A stretch of 63,650 bases of DNA, filler included, from Octopus bimaculoides (taxonomy: Eukaryota), in assembly GCF_001194135.2 (NCBI RefSeq). It is 7 parts of 6 records of this genome, joined end to end, with 100 filler letters (N's around TTAATTAATTAA, not from the genome) between each part and the next. Parts side by side here need not be neighbours in the genome. Positions count along the whole stretch, not along the records: positions 1 to 15,579 come from NC_069009.1; positions 15,680 to 20,967 come from NC_068981.1; positions 21,068 to 32,916 come from NC_068990.1; 4 more parts are not named here. One strand, given 5' to 3'. The notes beneath the pieces are model-generated. The model searched no databases, had not been told where the DNA came from, and worked only from the letters and a program-made list of their open reading frames with translations. The position numbers and the translations under genes are program-made. Below are positions 11,090-23,172 of this stretch, in pieces; position 1 is the stretch's first letter, and every line of letters starts with the position of its first letter.

Positions 11090-12950
11090 CATACTGCTTT
11101 GTAGACGACATCTTTGTTTTTCCTTCAGAAGCATAGATGAATAAGTTGTCTGAATGGCCAACTCTGGAACAACCGACGTAGAACTGTCCACATGAAAAGC
11201 CTGATGTTTGAAGTTCCAAACCTTCTGCCTTGTTAATTGTCATGGGGAAACTGAGTTTTAGAGGGAACTGAAGTCTCTGCATAGGGTAGTGGTTGTCTGT
11301 TAGCGGAATTTATTGTTTGACGACAAGGCGACTTCTATTGCACAGTGTAAATGTGTTTAGATTGCGTGAGATTATGACAGGGCAACCGACTTTTAAGTGA
11401 AGTTCTTGAGGAGGGAGTTGTGGAGGATCTTGGGAGTTGAGAAATTCTGTTGGAAAGTGTGTAACCTGATCCACGTCGGTAACGGTGTCAACTGATCTGT
11501 AACAACATTCTTGAAAAGGTAGCTGGTTAAGTAAGCCGTAGTTAAGAGTATTGACAGCTGCATTTGTAGGTGCAAGAACAGCCCTGTCGCGGAGCCAATC
11601 TGGTTTCATGTATTCCGTTGTAAGATTTGGGTAAACAGCAGAACATAAGTCATTAGAGCTGGAGACAGTGTGACCAACGGTAGGAGTATCAATGCATCCG
11701 TTGTCCATTGCCGATTTTAATGAGTATTTCCGGAAATTGGGTTGTAGGCTGACCAGTCTGTAGGAGTGATCTCATGTTGATAGCGAGTTGTTTCGATTGG
11801 AAATGCGACCAAAGGAGGATTTTTAAGGGAAGCATTAAGTTCACCAGTGGGTGTTCCTTTGGGTATAATAGGCAGAGTTTGTTGAAAATCTGCAAGAAGT
11901 AGAGCCGCACCTCCAAGGACGTTATTGTTTGATCTAAGGTCTCTCATTGTGGTATCAAGTGCTTGTAGGGAACATTTATGGGACACAGTTTCTTCATCCT
12001 AAACAATGAGTTTGCACATCTTCAAAATCGTCGCTTCGTCCGAATAATGCATTATGTAGCGCGTTGGGCTTTCTTGGTGTGCTACATTGAAAGGCAATTT
12101 GAAGGTAGAGTGTGCTGTTCGTCCACCGTCGAGAAGAATCCAGGCTATTCCTGAGGAGGTAACAACAATAGTAAGGTCACCATTATACCTCAAAGCAGCA
12201 AGAAGATTCAGGGGGAATGTTTTCCCAGGTGCATGTAAGAAGCTGATTCCGCCAGTGTGTGTAGATGTTTCCGAGGACAAAATGATATACGTTAGCTTCA
12301 TCGGAATTCAGAAGGGATTCATCAGTAATGTAATGTTTGAGTTTGTGGATGTTGTAGAATGTTTCTCTGAGAATGAGACGATTAGGACAGGTGTCTTCAT
12401 TTATGTCTGAAGTGTTGAGAGAATAGGCGTCCAATCGTTGACCTCCAATTGCTATAACAAAGTCTTCCAAGAGAAGAAGCCTTCCGTTGTAAATGGCAGG
12501 GGTAGTGTGAGTGTCAACCCTACCTGTGATTTGGCGAGTCTGCAGTAAACTGTCATGGCACATTGTGTCTTTGTATTTATTCCATAGTGAACCTGCGTGT
12601 GTCAGGTTGCAGAAAACTAGCATTATTGCAAACAAAGTGTAGAGCTTGTGCGGATAACGATACAGAGAGGCCTTTTCAAGTGCATGAATATATTGATCAT
12701 CTGTATCCGCTTGGAGCAGGCTTCTTTGAAAGAACCGCGTAAGTGGCCGTCCACTGTGCAGGAAGTTGGAAGTTGATCCCATCCCTTAATGACATGAAGT
12801 AAGAACCGCAAATGGAAGCATTCGGAGTTCAGCGGGATGAACTGGGACGCGTCCGATTGTGCCACCCTTGTACACGACTGGATCTAAATGCCCAGCCAGC
12901 CTTGTTTTCGTCGTTGAATTCTACGTTGATGCGTGCATAAAATGTTTTGC
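11090..12950 (-). mobile_element. Helitron RepHel remnant (Pif1-family helicase region), frameshifted and internally deleted
   Basis: Successive frames give CFHLRFLLHVIKG..TVDG..FKEAC; KLYTLFAIMLVFC; APGKTF..SSGIA..LLDGGRTAHSTFKLP; ALDTTMRDLRSNN..LGG..ADFQQTLPIIPKG; RAVLAPTN..EFLNS..PPQELHLKVGCPVIISRNLN; RLQFPLKLSFPMTINKAEG..GQFYVGCSRV. These are Helitron Pif1 motifs in the expected order. Confidence 0.95.
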
Positions 12951-13220
12951 AGAGCATTTTTTTGCGGGGTACGGCTGTCACCGACTGTCAACCCCAAATC
13001 CCTGGTTATGACCTTATTGATGATTGCTGCGTAAGAGAGACAATCAATTTCTGACTGTTACTTCGCAAAGTACAGACCTAAGTGATGTATTTGCCGAGCG
13101 TGAACGAAATCGGATGAAAAGTATTGATTTTACGTGGGATCAAGTATATGGTCGGTCACATATACGCACACACTCACATCTGTCTTATATTATATAATAT
13201 AATATAATATTATATTATAT

Positions 13221-13272
<52 letters not shown>

Positions 13273-13599
13273 GACACATACACANNNNNNNNNNNNNNNN
13301 NNNNNNNNNNNNNNNNNNNNNNNNNNNNNNNNNNNNNNNNNNNNNNNNNNNNNNNNNNNNNNNNNNNNNNNNNNNNNNNNNNNNNNNNNNNNNNNNNNNN
13401 NNNNNNNNNNNNNNNNNNNNNNTATATATATACGACGATCTTTCTGTTTCCGTCTACCAAATCACTCACAAGGCTTTCGTCGGCCCGAGGCTACAGTAGA
13501 AGACACTTGCCGAAGGTACCACGCAGTGGGACTCAACACTGAACCATGCGTCTGCGCATATCAGTAATATATCTTGAATGGTATTTAATATACCCTTAT

Positions 13600-14240
13600 G
13601 CAGGGTGTTCAGACTACATTTGATGACATTTTATGTCCTCCTTTTCCAGGAACAATTTAATAGTTTAGTTGGTGATTACTGAAGAGCATAATTAAAGTTG
13701 TAGTTGAGAAAATAAATCAAAGGACACGGAGGACAAAAACACATCTGAATACTGCGAAACAATTACCTGTATCATAATGGTATCGAAATGTAGACATTAT
13801 GGCAGCTGTTCAATGCCTTGTGGACACTATATAGGTTGTAAGACGTGATATGGAGAACAGCAACGGAGACTTCAAAGCTCTGACCAGCAGATGTTCTGAT
13901 GGTGTCCAGAATCAATTATGCATTCTCACATCGTTGAAAGTGGCCCCTGGTTAGAGATGGTTGCAACTGGAAGGTCATATGTGTGGCAGCAGGATTCGGT
14001 TCCTTGATATACCTCTAGAAAGAACTGGAAGTGGGTGCTGGAGAATTTCTAAAACTTTGCCTGTCCCAATTTATGGCCTTCTAATTCTCTCGATTCTAGT
14101 CCCATATGTTACTATGTGTGAGGTGTGATTGAGATAGAAGTCAAGCCTTCTGTTTTCAACCCCAAGACCGAGCCGAGGGTGAAGATTCAAGAGCTACAGT
14201 CGTCGACCGTGCTGTAAGCTGAGAGCAGCTTCTTTGAATA
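13600..14240 (+). mobile_element. Tc1/mariner transposase remnant, DD37D (maT)-like
   Basis: From about 13945: PWLEMVATGRSYVWQQDSVP*YTSRKNWKWVLENF*NFACPNLWPSNSLDSSPICYYV*G. This matches QQDSAPxH..WPPNSPDxNPxDY with 37-residue spacing and in-frame stops. Confidence 0.8.
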
Positions 14241-14511
14241 AGTTCTTAATATACACATATATATCTAAATATATATAGCAATCTGTCTGTCTTTCTGTCA
14301 GTCTATCTATCTGCCTGTGTGTATGACAATCTATCTAATGTTGAAAACAAGAGGCGATGCATTGGGAATGAACCTGGTATCATGTGATTGGGAAGCAAAC
14401 TACTTCTCAGGCAATCAAAACTTCACCTACATACGTAATAGATACATATTTACATATGTACATACATATACGCACATAGAATACAATATCATGCCACATA
14501 TGTATACACAT

Positions 14512-14582
<71 letters not shown>

Positions 14583-14588
14583 TGTATG

Positions 14589-14644
<56 letters not shown>

Positions 14645-15234
14645 TGTANNNNNNNNNNNNNNNNNNNNNNNNNNNNNNNNNNNNNNNNNNNNNNNNNNNN
14701 NNNNNNNNNNNNNNNNNNNNNNNNNNNNNNNNNNNNNNNNNNNNNNNNNNNNNNNNNNNNNNNNNNNNNNNNNNNNNNNNNNNNNNNNNNNNNNNNNNNN
14801 NNNNNNNNNNNNNNNNNNNNNNNNNNNNNNNNNNNNNNNNNNNNNNNNNNNNNNNNNNNNNNNNNNNNNNNNNNNNNNNNNNNNNNNNNNNNNNNNNNNN
14901 NNNNNNNNNTATACATGTATATTATACATACACAGACACGCATTGAGTAGGAAGGCAACTACGTTTAAAGATAAACCTTCACACGCTCACACGCACACGC
15001 ACACACACGCACACGCACACACACGCACACGCACACACACGCACACGCACACACACGCACACATATTTATTTCTATGCGTGTATATGTGTGTGCATGTGA
15101 AGTGTCTATATGTATGTTTGTGTAGGTTGGTATATGTTTATGGGTGCACATACACTTACAGTTGTGGGGATTTGTTCATATTCCTGTTTGTGTTGTTTTA
15201 CTAATGGGAGTTTCAGTTCTCACGTTTCGTCTAT

Positions 15235-15579
15235 TATCTGACTTTGAGGTAGTCTGATGGTTCTGCTGGTTGGACAGGGAGTGCAGGGAGTGTCTTTTCT
15301 TGTCTTTGTTTTAACTTCCCGGATTTCGATGATATCAAAACTTGTTTTCGGCCAATCAATTTGCAGCAGAGATTGTGATGGGTTTGTTATAAATGTGAGC
15401 GTTTAGTAGAGAAGTGACAGAGCCAGGCCGATTGTGTAACGGGATTCAGCTGCTGACACCCGCACTACTGTGTTTGAAGACTTTTTTGTATTGGAGGAAC
15501 CACCACAAGTCAAATCCAACAAGAAGATTTAGACGTTTATTCTGTGTTCTGTATTAATCAATTCTATCCGCTCTGTTAA
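15235..15579 (+). promoter_or_regulatory. Copy C: inverted duplicate of the paralog B promoter and 5'UTR
   Basis: 345-bp reverse complement of 8787-9131; I found only 2 mismatches. CCAAT at 15352-15356 and TATAAA at 15388-15393. It ends at a gap about 60 nt before the expected ATG. Confidence 0.9.
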
Positions 15580-15679
15580 NNNNNNNNNNNNNNNNNNNNN
15601 NNNNNNNNNNNNNNNNNNNNNNNTTAATTAATTAANNNNNNNNNNNNNNNNNNNNNNNNNNNNNNNNNNNNNNNNNNNN

Positions 15680-15960
15680 CATGGAGGCAAAGTGGCCGAG
15701 CTCCTGGTCTGCATGGAGGCAAAGTGGCCGAGCTCCTGGTCTGCATGGAGGCAAAGTGGCCGAGCTCCTGGTCTGCATGGAGGCAAAGTGGCCGAGCTCC
15801 TGGCCTGCATGGAGGCAAAGTGGCCGAGCTCCTTTCGAGCATTGGGCCTCACAGAGGCAGAATGACTAAGCTCCTTTCAAGCAGGCCTCATGGAGGCAAA
15901 TAGGGTGAGTTCCTATCAAGTGTTGGGCCTCACAGAGGCAAAGTGGCTGAATTCCTTTTG
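15680..15960 (+). repeat. 32-bp minisatellite (CATGGAGGCAAAGTGGCCGAGCTCCTGGTCTG), about 5 copies plus degenerate copies
   Basis: Units start at 15680, 15712, 15744, 15776 and 15808, with no unique spacers. Confidence 0.95.
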
Positions 15961-15989
15961 AAGGGGCCTCGATATGGCTGGCTTCCTGT

Positions 15990-16340
15990 CACCAACAGGT
16001 CTTGGTTGTAAAGATGGTAAACACTGATGGAATAACCCTCTTCTGATACAAGGGAGGTAAATCTCGAATCTTGGATGCGATGCGGTCTCCATCTCCAATC
16101 TTGCTGCTTTGGCCACAAACCCTGGTATTGCCACCTTTAATGCGGAGAAGAGGAAGGTAACCAAATACTGGAGTCTGACTAACTACTACCTATTCATACC
16201 AGTCACCACCAAAGTCTCTGGTATTCTCCGATGCTGTAAAATCCGGATGACAGTGGTCTGTTTGAGAAATGACTCCTGTGAGATGGGCTGGCCGTTGCAG
16301 CGAATGTCACTGGCCATTCTCCAAAGTACAGCTGGACACA
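15990..16340 (+). mobile_element. CRE-like non-LTR retrotransposon, restriction-like endonuclease (RLE) end
   Basis: A decayed DGK..DGITL..GGKS..WDA motif, then GIATFNAEKRKVTKYWSLTNYYLFIPVTTKVSG and WPLQRMSLAILQSTAGHI, matching AExRKxxKY..FxPxxxETxG..QRxSxAxQ. Confidence 0.65.
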
Positions 16341-16559
16341 TCACTTGGACTGGACTGGACTGGACAGCTTGTTGCTCCTTGTCTTTTTCTGCATAGTTTA
16401 AATATTAATGATGTAATTTGCATTTGTTAACTTTCTCAGGGTTACCCAACTTGTTTATTTTTTCGTTTTTGGCAATAATTGTAAACATACATATATTAAA
16501 TTATATATATAATAAACATGTAATTATAGCAGAAATACCAGTGAGGGACCCTCTCTTTA

Positions 16560-17085
16560 GTTGCTCAACCAATTAGAAACAACACCTAAATCTGCCTCCT
16601 CAAGCATGACAATACCCTTCAGAGCAGTGTGTCAGGAGAACCAGTGCACACTATGGCTGCTGGCAGAATTCCTCAACTACAGCTCTACAATGGCATCTGT
16701 GTGGCTCACATACGTGTTGGCTGAGGTGCTGAGCCACTCTGCTAAGAGTGCACTCAACATCAAGAAGGACAACTAATTGAGTCAGACACTGTTGTTAGGC
16801 TGTGAAGGAGAATGGAGACAAGCAAGTCTCAATCTGCCAGAAGAAGTAGATTTCCATTTGGTATCATTCCAATTATGTCAGGCATTTGCATCCTGAGAGA
16901 CTGTGAGGCCTTCAACAGTCCAATCAGCCTGAGCTGATTCTAGTTTCTGGACAACATCAACTTCAGCTATCCTGTGGCGTACCTTGCTGAAGAGGGTGTC
17001 ACTGGAGGAGATTGAGGGAAGATAAGCCAGCAGTAACACATCTGAAGCAGAATAGATGCTGAGGCCACTGAATTTCAGATAAATT
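16560..17085. mobile_element. CRE-like RT-thumb fragments in opposite orientations
   Basis: The plus strand (about 16700-16830) gives SALNIK..EWRQASL. The minus strand (about 17085-16880) gives GLSIYSASDVLLLAYLPS, the sequence that follows QASLP..GGLGIR in CRE-type RTs. Confidence 0.45.
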
Positions 17086-17094
17086 CTGGTTGTC

Positions 17095-17550
17095 ATCATC
17101 ATCATCATCATACGTCTGTTTTTTCAAGCTGGTATGGGTTGGACAGTTTGACTGAAATACTGGTGGGTAGGGGAGCTCCACCAGGTTTCAAGTCTGGTTT
17201 GGCAAGGTTTCTACAGCTGATGCCCTTCCTAACGCCAACCACTCCGAGAGTGGCCACGTGTTTGAACAGTGCTTTTTATGCGCCACTGACGTGACACTGG
17301 CATTAGCCACACACTCAAGTAGTGTTTTTTACATGCCACTGCCACAGGTGTCCCTGATGTGACACCAGCATCGGCCACATACTCGAATTGTTTTTTATTA
17401 CATACCACCAGCGTGGGTGCCAGTCAACCAACACTGGCATCAACCACAGCTATAATCACCCTTGGCTTGACAGGCCTTCTCAAGCACTGCATATCACCCA
17501 ACATCTGAGGGGTGGTTTTACATTACATGCCAGTTACACAACACTGGCAT
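17095..17550 (-). mobile_element. SINE family E with (ATG)n tail
   Basis: The minus strand has GGCGTTAGGAAGGGCATC..GCTGTAGAAACC..CAAACTGTCCAACCCATACCAGC..GACGT and (ATG)n. Copies at about 17930-18330, 19653-19880 and 20020-20125. Confidence 0.75.
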
Positions 17551-17704
17551 CGGCAAAAATTTTATGAAGGCCACGAATAGTGCTCCTGAGAGGGATTGAA
17601 CCTTGCTCAGGATGTATAATATAGCATGTGCAATTACCCCCAAAATCACGGAGACAAGAATTAAGATATTTGGTAATTATAGAATTAAAACCAAGAAAAT
17701 TTAC

Positions 17705-17799
17705 CATTTGCATCTTTAACATGGACAGCTGCTTGAAACCTCAACAGAAGAGAGACCATATTATCATTTCCCACTTGACAAGCAAACATCAAAGCTGTT
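17705..17799 (-). CDS. Ankyrin-repeat protein, exon C (phase 2 to 1)
   Basis: Acceptor cttcttctatttattatAG; (K)TALMFACQVGNDNMVSLLLRFQAAVHVKDAN(G); donor G|GTAAAT. The phase matches exon B. Not listed in the ORF track. Confidence 0.85.
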
Positions 17800-18494
17800 C
17801 TATAATAAATAGAAGAAGCAGAATTAATACCAAAATGTAATATTCGTATCCAACTAAATGTGGATGTTGTGTTAGAACACTGAATACTGCAATAGTTGCC
17901 ATGAGAAAACCTCTGATATATGCTTAATTACCATCATCTTCATTTAATGTCCACTTTCCATGCTGGCATGGGTGAGACAGTTTGACTGAAAACTGGTAAG
18001 CCGGGGAGCTGCACCAGGTTCCGATATAATTTGGCAAGATTTCTATGGCCGGATGCTCTTCCTAATGCCAACCACTCCAAGAGCCTAGTGAGTGCTTTTT
18101 ACATGCCATTGACCTGACACTGGCATCAGCCACGACTACAGTCCCACTTGGCTTGACAGATCAACACAAGCATGGTACATCACCAAAGGTTTTGGTCACC
18201 TGTCACTGACTCCATGAGGTAAAAATACTCAAATGGTGCTTTTTACGTGCCACCAGCATGGGTGCCAGTCAGATGGCACTGGCATCAAATACAACTACGA
18301 TTTCACTCAGTTCAACAGGTCTTAAATGGGATATAAATCCTCACCATCACTGGTGATGGTTTATATCCTGTTAGTGATGTGAACCAGAGTGCTTATATGC
18401 ACCAAAAGAGCACAGGAGAGATTCTCTCATGGTAAATATCGCAATATTCTGTGTTCTCACACAACATCCTCTTTTAAGTGGGGACAAGTAAAAA

Positions 18495-18692
18495 AAATTA
18501 GTTCAAATTTTGCCACAAGGGCAGCAATTTTGTGGGGTGGGGGATGAACCAATCATATCAATGCCAGTGTTCAACTGGTACTTAATTTATTGACCCCGAA
18601 AGGATGAAAGGCAAAGTCAACTATGACAGAATTTGAACTCAGAACATAGTCACTGGCAAAATATTGCTAAGCATTTCATCCAGCATGCTAAC

Positions 18693-18735
<43 letters not shown>

Positions 18736-19380
18736 GAGGAGGTGTAGAAGTTAAAAAGATTGCCTTCTTTGGTATCATTTCCAGAGAGAAAAAAAAAGAA
18801 GATAGAAGAGTTAAAAAATCTTAATTGAAAAACCTGTTCTAAATGACATTGGCTGGTTTTGAGGATAAAGCCAGATTCAACCAAACTGGACAAGACAGGG
18901 TGGTCACATTCTAAGTAATGACACATTAAAAGAGAAGATATAGGAGGGTGCTCAACAAGGCTCTGTGTTCAGCCTCCAGCTTTTATTATAGTTTTTGAGA
19001 CAATAACATTGGAGTTAAGGAATAAATGTCTTTAAGAACTATTGTACGTAAATGATTTCTTAAAGACAGCAAGCTGGCAGAAACATTAGCATGCCAGGCA
19101 AAATGCTTAGCGGTATTTCATCTGTCTTTACGTTGTGAGTTCAAATTCCGGCTTTCATTCTTTCAGGGTTGATAAATTAAGTACCAGTTGCAGACTAGGA
19201 TCGATCTAATCGACTGGCCCCCTCCCAGAAATTGTGGGCCTTGTGCCTAGAGTGGAAAAGAATGATTTAATTCTTATCATTGACCTCAGCGGAATTTGAA
19301 CTCAGAATGTAAAGACAGACAAAATACCGCTAAGCATTTCACCCGTCGTGCTAACGATTTTGCCAGCACCTCCCGCCTTT
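18495..19380. mobile_element. Cluster of SINE family A copies in the ankyrin intron
   Basis: The consensus GAGCTGGCAGAA.CGTTAGCACGCCGGGC.AAATGCTTAGCGGTATTTC..GAGTTCAAATTCC..TTTCATCCTTTCGGGGTCGATAAA appears at about 18495-18690 (-), 19065-19262 (+) and 19268-19380 (-). Confidence 0.8.
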
Positions 19381-19522
19381 CCATATAATATGTGAACAAT
19401 ACAATATCAGTAACAGAGTTTGAACTTGTGATCTTTGAATCAGCATCAGGAGATCAAGACACTTCACCATCCACCAACAAAAATAAAAAAGTCTTTCTAC
19501 AAATTAATCCAAAACTACTTAC

Positions 19523-19629
19523 TTGTGATCATTGTCAATGCTATTTACATCAGCTCTGTTCTGAAGAAGGGACATAGCAATATTGATCTTGTCTTCTATC
19601 ACAGCATAGTGCAATGGTGTTTTACCAGC
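19523..19629 (-). CDS. Ankyrin-repeat protein, exon B (phase 0 to 2)
   Basis: Acceptor tttattttattggacAG; AGKTPLHYAVIEDKINIAMSLLQNRADVNSIDNDH; donor AA|GTAAGT. Confidence 0.9.
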
Positions 19630-20266
19630 CTGTCCAATAAAATAAACAAACACATCATCATCATTGTTTAACGTCCACTTTCCATGCTGGCATGGGTTGG
19701 ACAGATTGACTGAGGACTGGCAAGCCAGGAGGCTGCACCAAACCCCAGTCTGATTTGGCAAGGTTTCTACAGTTGGATGCCCTTCCTAATGCCAACCACT
19801 CTGAGAATGTAGTGAGTGTTTATGTGCCAGTCAGGCAGCACTGGCATCAACCACACTCGAATGGTGCTTTTTACGTGCCACCTTTAAAATTTTTAATGCA
19901 AAAACTAGGCTGGATGGGCATAAAATGAATATTGTCTAAGGGACACCACATTACAGTTCAAATCAGAATGAAGGGACCATATGTAGGGATGTCTAATGTA
20001 TTGAAATGTGTGTATCATCATCATCATCATCAATTAACATCCGTTTTCCATGCTAGCATGGGTTGGACGGTTTGACTGAGATCTGGAGAGCCAGCAGGTG
20101 CACCAGGATCCAATCTCCATCTGTATGTATGTACATATGTATGTATATGCCTGTATGTGAGGAAACTGTATGGAAGCCCATTGTATGTGTATGTGTGTGT
20201 GGTGTTCCAGCATGGCCACAGTCCATTGGCTGCAACACCCAAAAAGGGAAACGAAATGAAACATAC

Positions 20267-20440
20267 CATATTTTTAAGATTTGCATTTGTCCGCGCATTG
20301 AGCATAGCATCGAGAATCTCCAGGTGAGAATATTGAATGGCAAGGTGCAAACAGGTGTTTCCATCGCCATCCCGAGCCTCTGCATCCACCTTGTAACTAA
20401 GCAGGACTTCAACAACATCAAAATGGCCACATTGCACAGC
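20267..20440 (-). CDS. Ankyrin-repeat protein, exon A (phase 0 to 0)
   Basis: Acceptor tttgttttctcttcAG; AVQCGHFDVVEVLLSYKVDAEARDGDGNTCLHLAIQYSHLEILDAMLNARTNANLKNM; donor ATG|GTATGT. Confidence 0.9.
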
Positions 20441-20500
20441 CTGAAGAGAAAACAAACATTGAAAGCAGGAAAATTAATTGCCCTACAATGAATTTGCTAA

Positions 20501-20967
20501 CCCTTTCATTACTGTATTTCTGTTGAAATGCTCTGTGTTTCTTTTATCTAATTTTAAATATAACAAAGAATTTAGTAAAATAATTTCGTTATCATTAAGC
20601 TGGTGTTAGGAACATAAATTGTGACTGAGGTTTGGTGGAAGATTTTCATTCAAAACTTATGAAAACAAGACATTTGTACTCAGAGCCAGAGGCAGTTTCA
20701 GGCAAGTTGGTATCAAAAGGGTTAAGAATTGTTTCTCTATTATATATTTTAATCCTTCTATTACCATATTTCTGTTGAGATGCTCTGTGTTTCTTTCAAT
20801 TAATTTTAGATATAACAAAGAATTTAGTAAAATAACTTTGTTATCATTAAGCTAGTGTTAGGAACATAAATTGTGACTAAGGTTTGGTGGAAGATTTTCA
20901 TTCAAAACTTATGTAAACAAGACATTTGTACTACAGAGCCAGAGGCGGTTTCAGCCAGGTTGGTAAT
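20501..20967. mobile_element. Two tandem piggyBac-like MITE copies
   Basis: Copy 1 (20501-20721) has ends CCCTTT...AAAGGG, flanked by CTAA and TTAA. Copy 2 starts after TTAA at 20749-20752, is highly similar and is cut by the gap. Confidence 0.65.
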
Positions 20968-21067
20968 NNNNNNNNNNNNNNNNNNNNNNNNNNNNNNNNN
21001 NNNNNNNNNNNTTAATTAATTAANNNNNNNNNNNNNNNNNNNNNNNNNNNNNNNNNNNNNNNNNNNN

Positions 21068-21126
21068 ACTCAATAATAATAATAATAATAATAATAATAG
21101 TAATAATAATAATAAAAATGATATTG

Positions 21127-21202
<76 letters not shown>

Positions 21203-21297
21203 TGATGATGATGAGGATGATAATAATAATAATAATAATGATAATAATAATAATGATAATAACAATAATAATTATTATTATTATTAGTAGTAGTATT

Positions 21298-21340
<43 letters not shown>

Positions 21341-21365
21341 GTAGTAGTAGTAGTAGTAGTAGTGG
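21068..21365. repeat. Compound (AAT)n/(GAT)n/(ATT)n/(AGT)n microsatellite
   Basis: Direct inspection. Confidence 0.95.
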
Positions 21366-21619
21366 TCCTTATGCTTATAGTACTGCGATAACGTTAGAGT
21401 GTCAGATAAAATGCTTTAAATCAGTTCTTCCGGCACCTTACATACTCAGTTCCTTATATTAGGCCGATGACGACTTTGTTTTTCATCTTTGGAGGTGGTC
21501 AAATAAGCACCAGCTGAGCTCTGAGATCATTGCGATTGACAAGTTTCTTCCTCCAAAATTTCAGGCCTTGTGCTTATAGTAGAAAGATGTCTTATTTTTA
21601 TTGATATCCTCGTCGTCGA

Positions 21620-21654
<35 letters not shown>

Positions 21655-22066
21655 TCATCATCATCTTTATCATCATTCTCATTATTGCTTCTCAACTTGG
21701 TGGATTGATCGAGTCTTTGAACGTCAGTAACTCTTCGTGATATTCTCTGCGGCCTTTCGCCTTCGAATTCAGATCGTATCGAGATTTAATGTTCTTTTTA
21801 TACTTTCGAGGTGTCGATGATATAAGTACCAATTCTAGCACTCAATATTGGTCTTGAGCCTAAATCCTGAGTTTCGGAGTCTTTAAAATGAAATACTAAT
21901 CAAGTACCGAGGTCGATAATATCGACTAATCCGTCCCCTCAAAATTGCCATAATTTGAAACAATCATCAACATCGTCGTCATCGTCGTCGTCACCATCAT
22001 CATCATCACCATCATCATCACCATCATCATCATTATCACCATCATCATCACCATCATCACCATCAT

Positions 22067-22104
<38 letters not shown>

Positions 22105-23172
22105 CTTCATTAGTTTCGCAGCAATGCGGGTTGAAATGCTATTTTCTAGTAATATTTTACTTTGAACAAAAAATTCTGCTCATAATTTATTACTTTTCCT
22201 CTAGATAAGTCTAAAGAAAAAGAAAGATCAATTTTGTTCTTTGCTTAATTTTTTTTTTTCAGAAAATATGAAAAATGAAACTGAAAGGAAATCGATTCTA
22301 ATTTTATTTTAGTTTTATTTATTTACTTTTTGATTTCTCATAGAGAATGTTTTAAAACTTACTCTTTTCTATTTCCTCTATTCAGAAAACGAAATAAAAA
22401 GTCAACAACAAAAAGCGACAAAGAATTATGCATGTGTGTGTGTTTGTGTATGTGTGTGTTTGCGTTTTTTTTTATTTGTCAAATGAAAAATATTTCAGTG
22501 AATATTAAAATAATTATATAGTGAATGCATATGATAGGTAGATGTAATAAGGCACTGTTGTGAAACTTTTCGTTCTGAATCAACAGTATTTTGAATTATT
22601 GCAGGAGTCTAGTTGCTAGGTAGAGAGCAGAAATTACGTACTCTCTCTCTCTCCCATCCACATGCAAACACAGATACATATTCGATGTGTGTGAGTATAT
22701 ACGTCTAAATATCGTCCTACTATATATATATAGTACACACGCAGATGCACATATATATTTACGTTATATTGTATTTGCGTTTTTGCATACTCATATAATA
22801 CCGCATCATCAAGTCGAATGATTTTTGTTAAGTTTAAGGCAGTATAAAACCTATAATCACCGTGATTAAGTAAAAAATCAGAAAGCAAACCAACTCTGAA
22901 CTTAACGTACTTTCCTATGTATATATTATTGTGCGATATAAATTGTGTGTGCAGCATGTGAAAAGTATCGAATAAACTCGCCAATAAACCTAGCAAACTA
23001 AGTATTATAGATTGCAATAAAAAAAATTGTTTACTTTGTAAAATTTTATTTTTCATTTGATTATAAATTTACATTATTTGATTTCAGATTCTGAATTTTC
23101 CTTTTTTTTTTTTAAGTTTATGCCTAACTAAAAATGTAAAACGACATATATCTATTTTGTCGTTTTTTTCAG

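Noticed and set aside
15624-15635. TTAATTAATTAA between N runs (also near 21013, 32961, 43908, 47949 and 52858)
   Set aside because: An identical 12-mer always flanked by N runs, giving stops in all six frames. This is an assembly spacer, not biology.
15680-15840. Regular 32-bp repeats (also 21-bp at 53019 and 64-bp at 2612) as a CRISPR-like array
   Set aside because: Head-to-tail units without unique spacers, no cas genes and a eukaryotic context.
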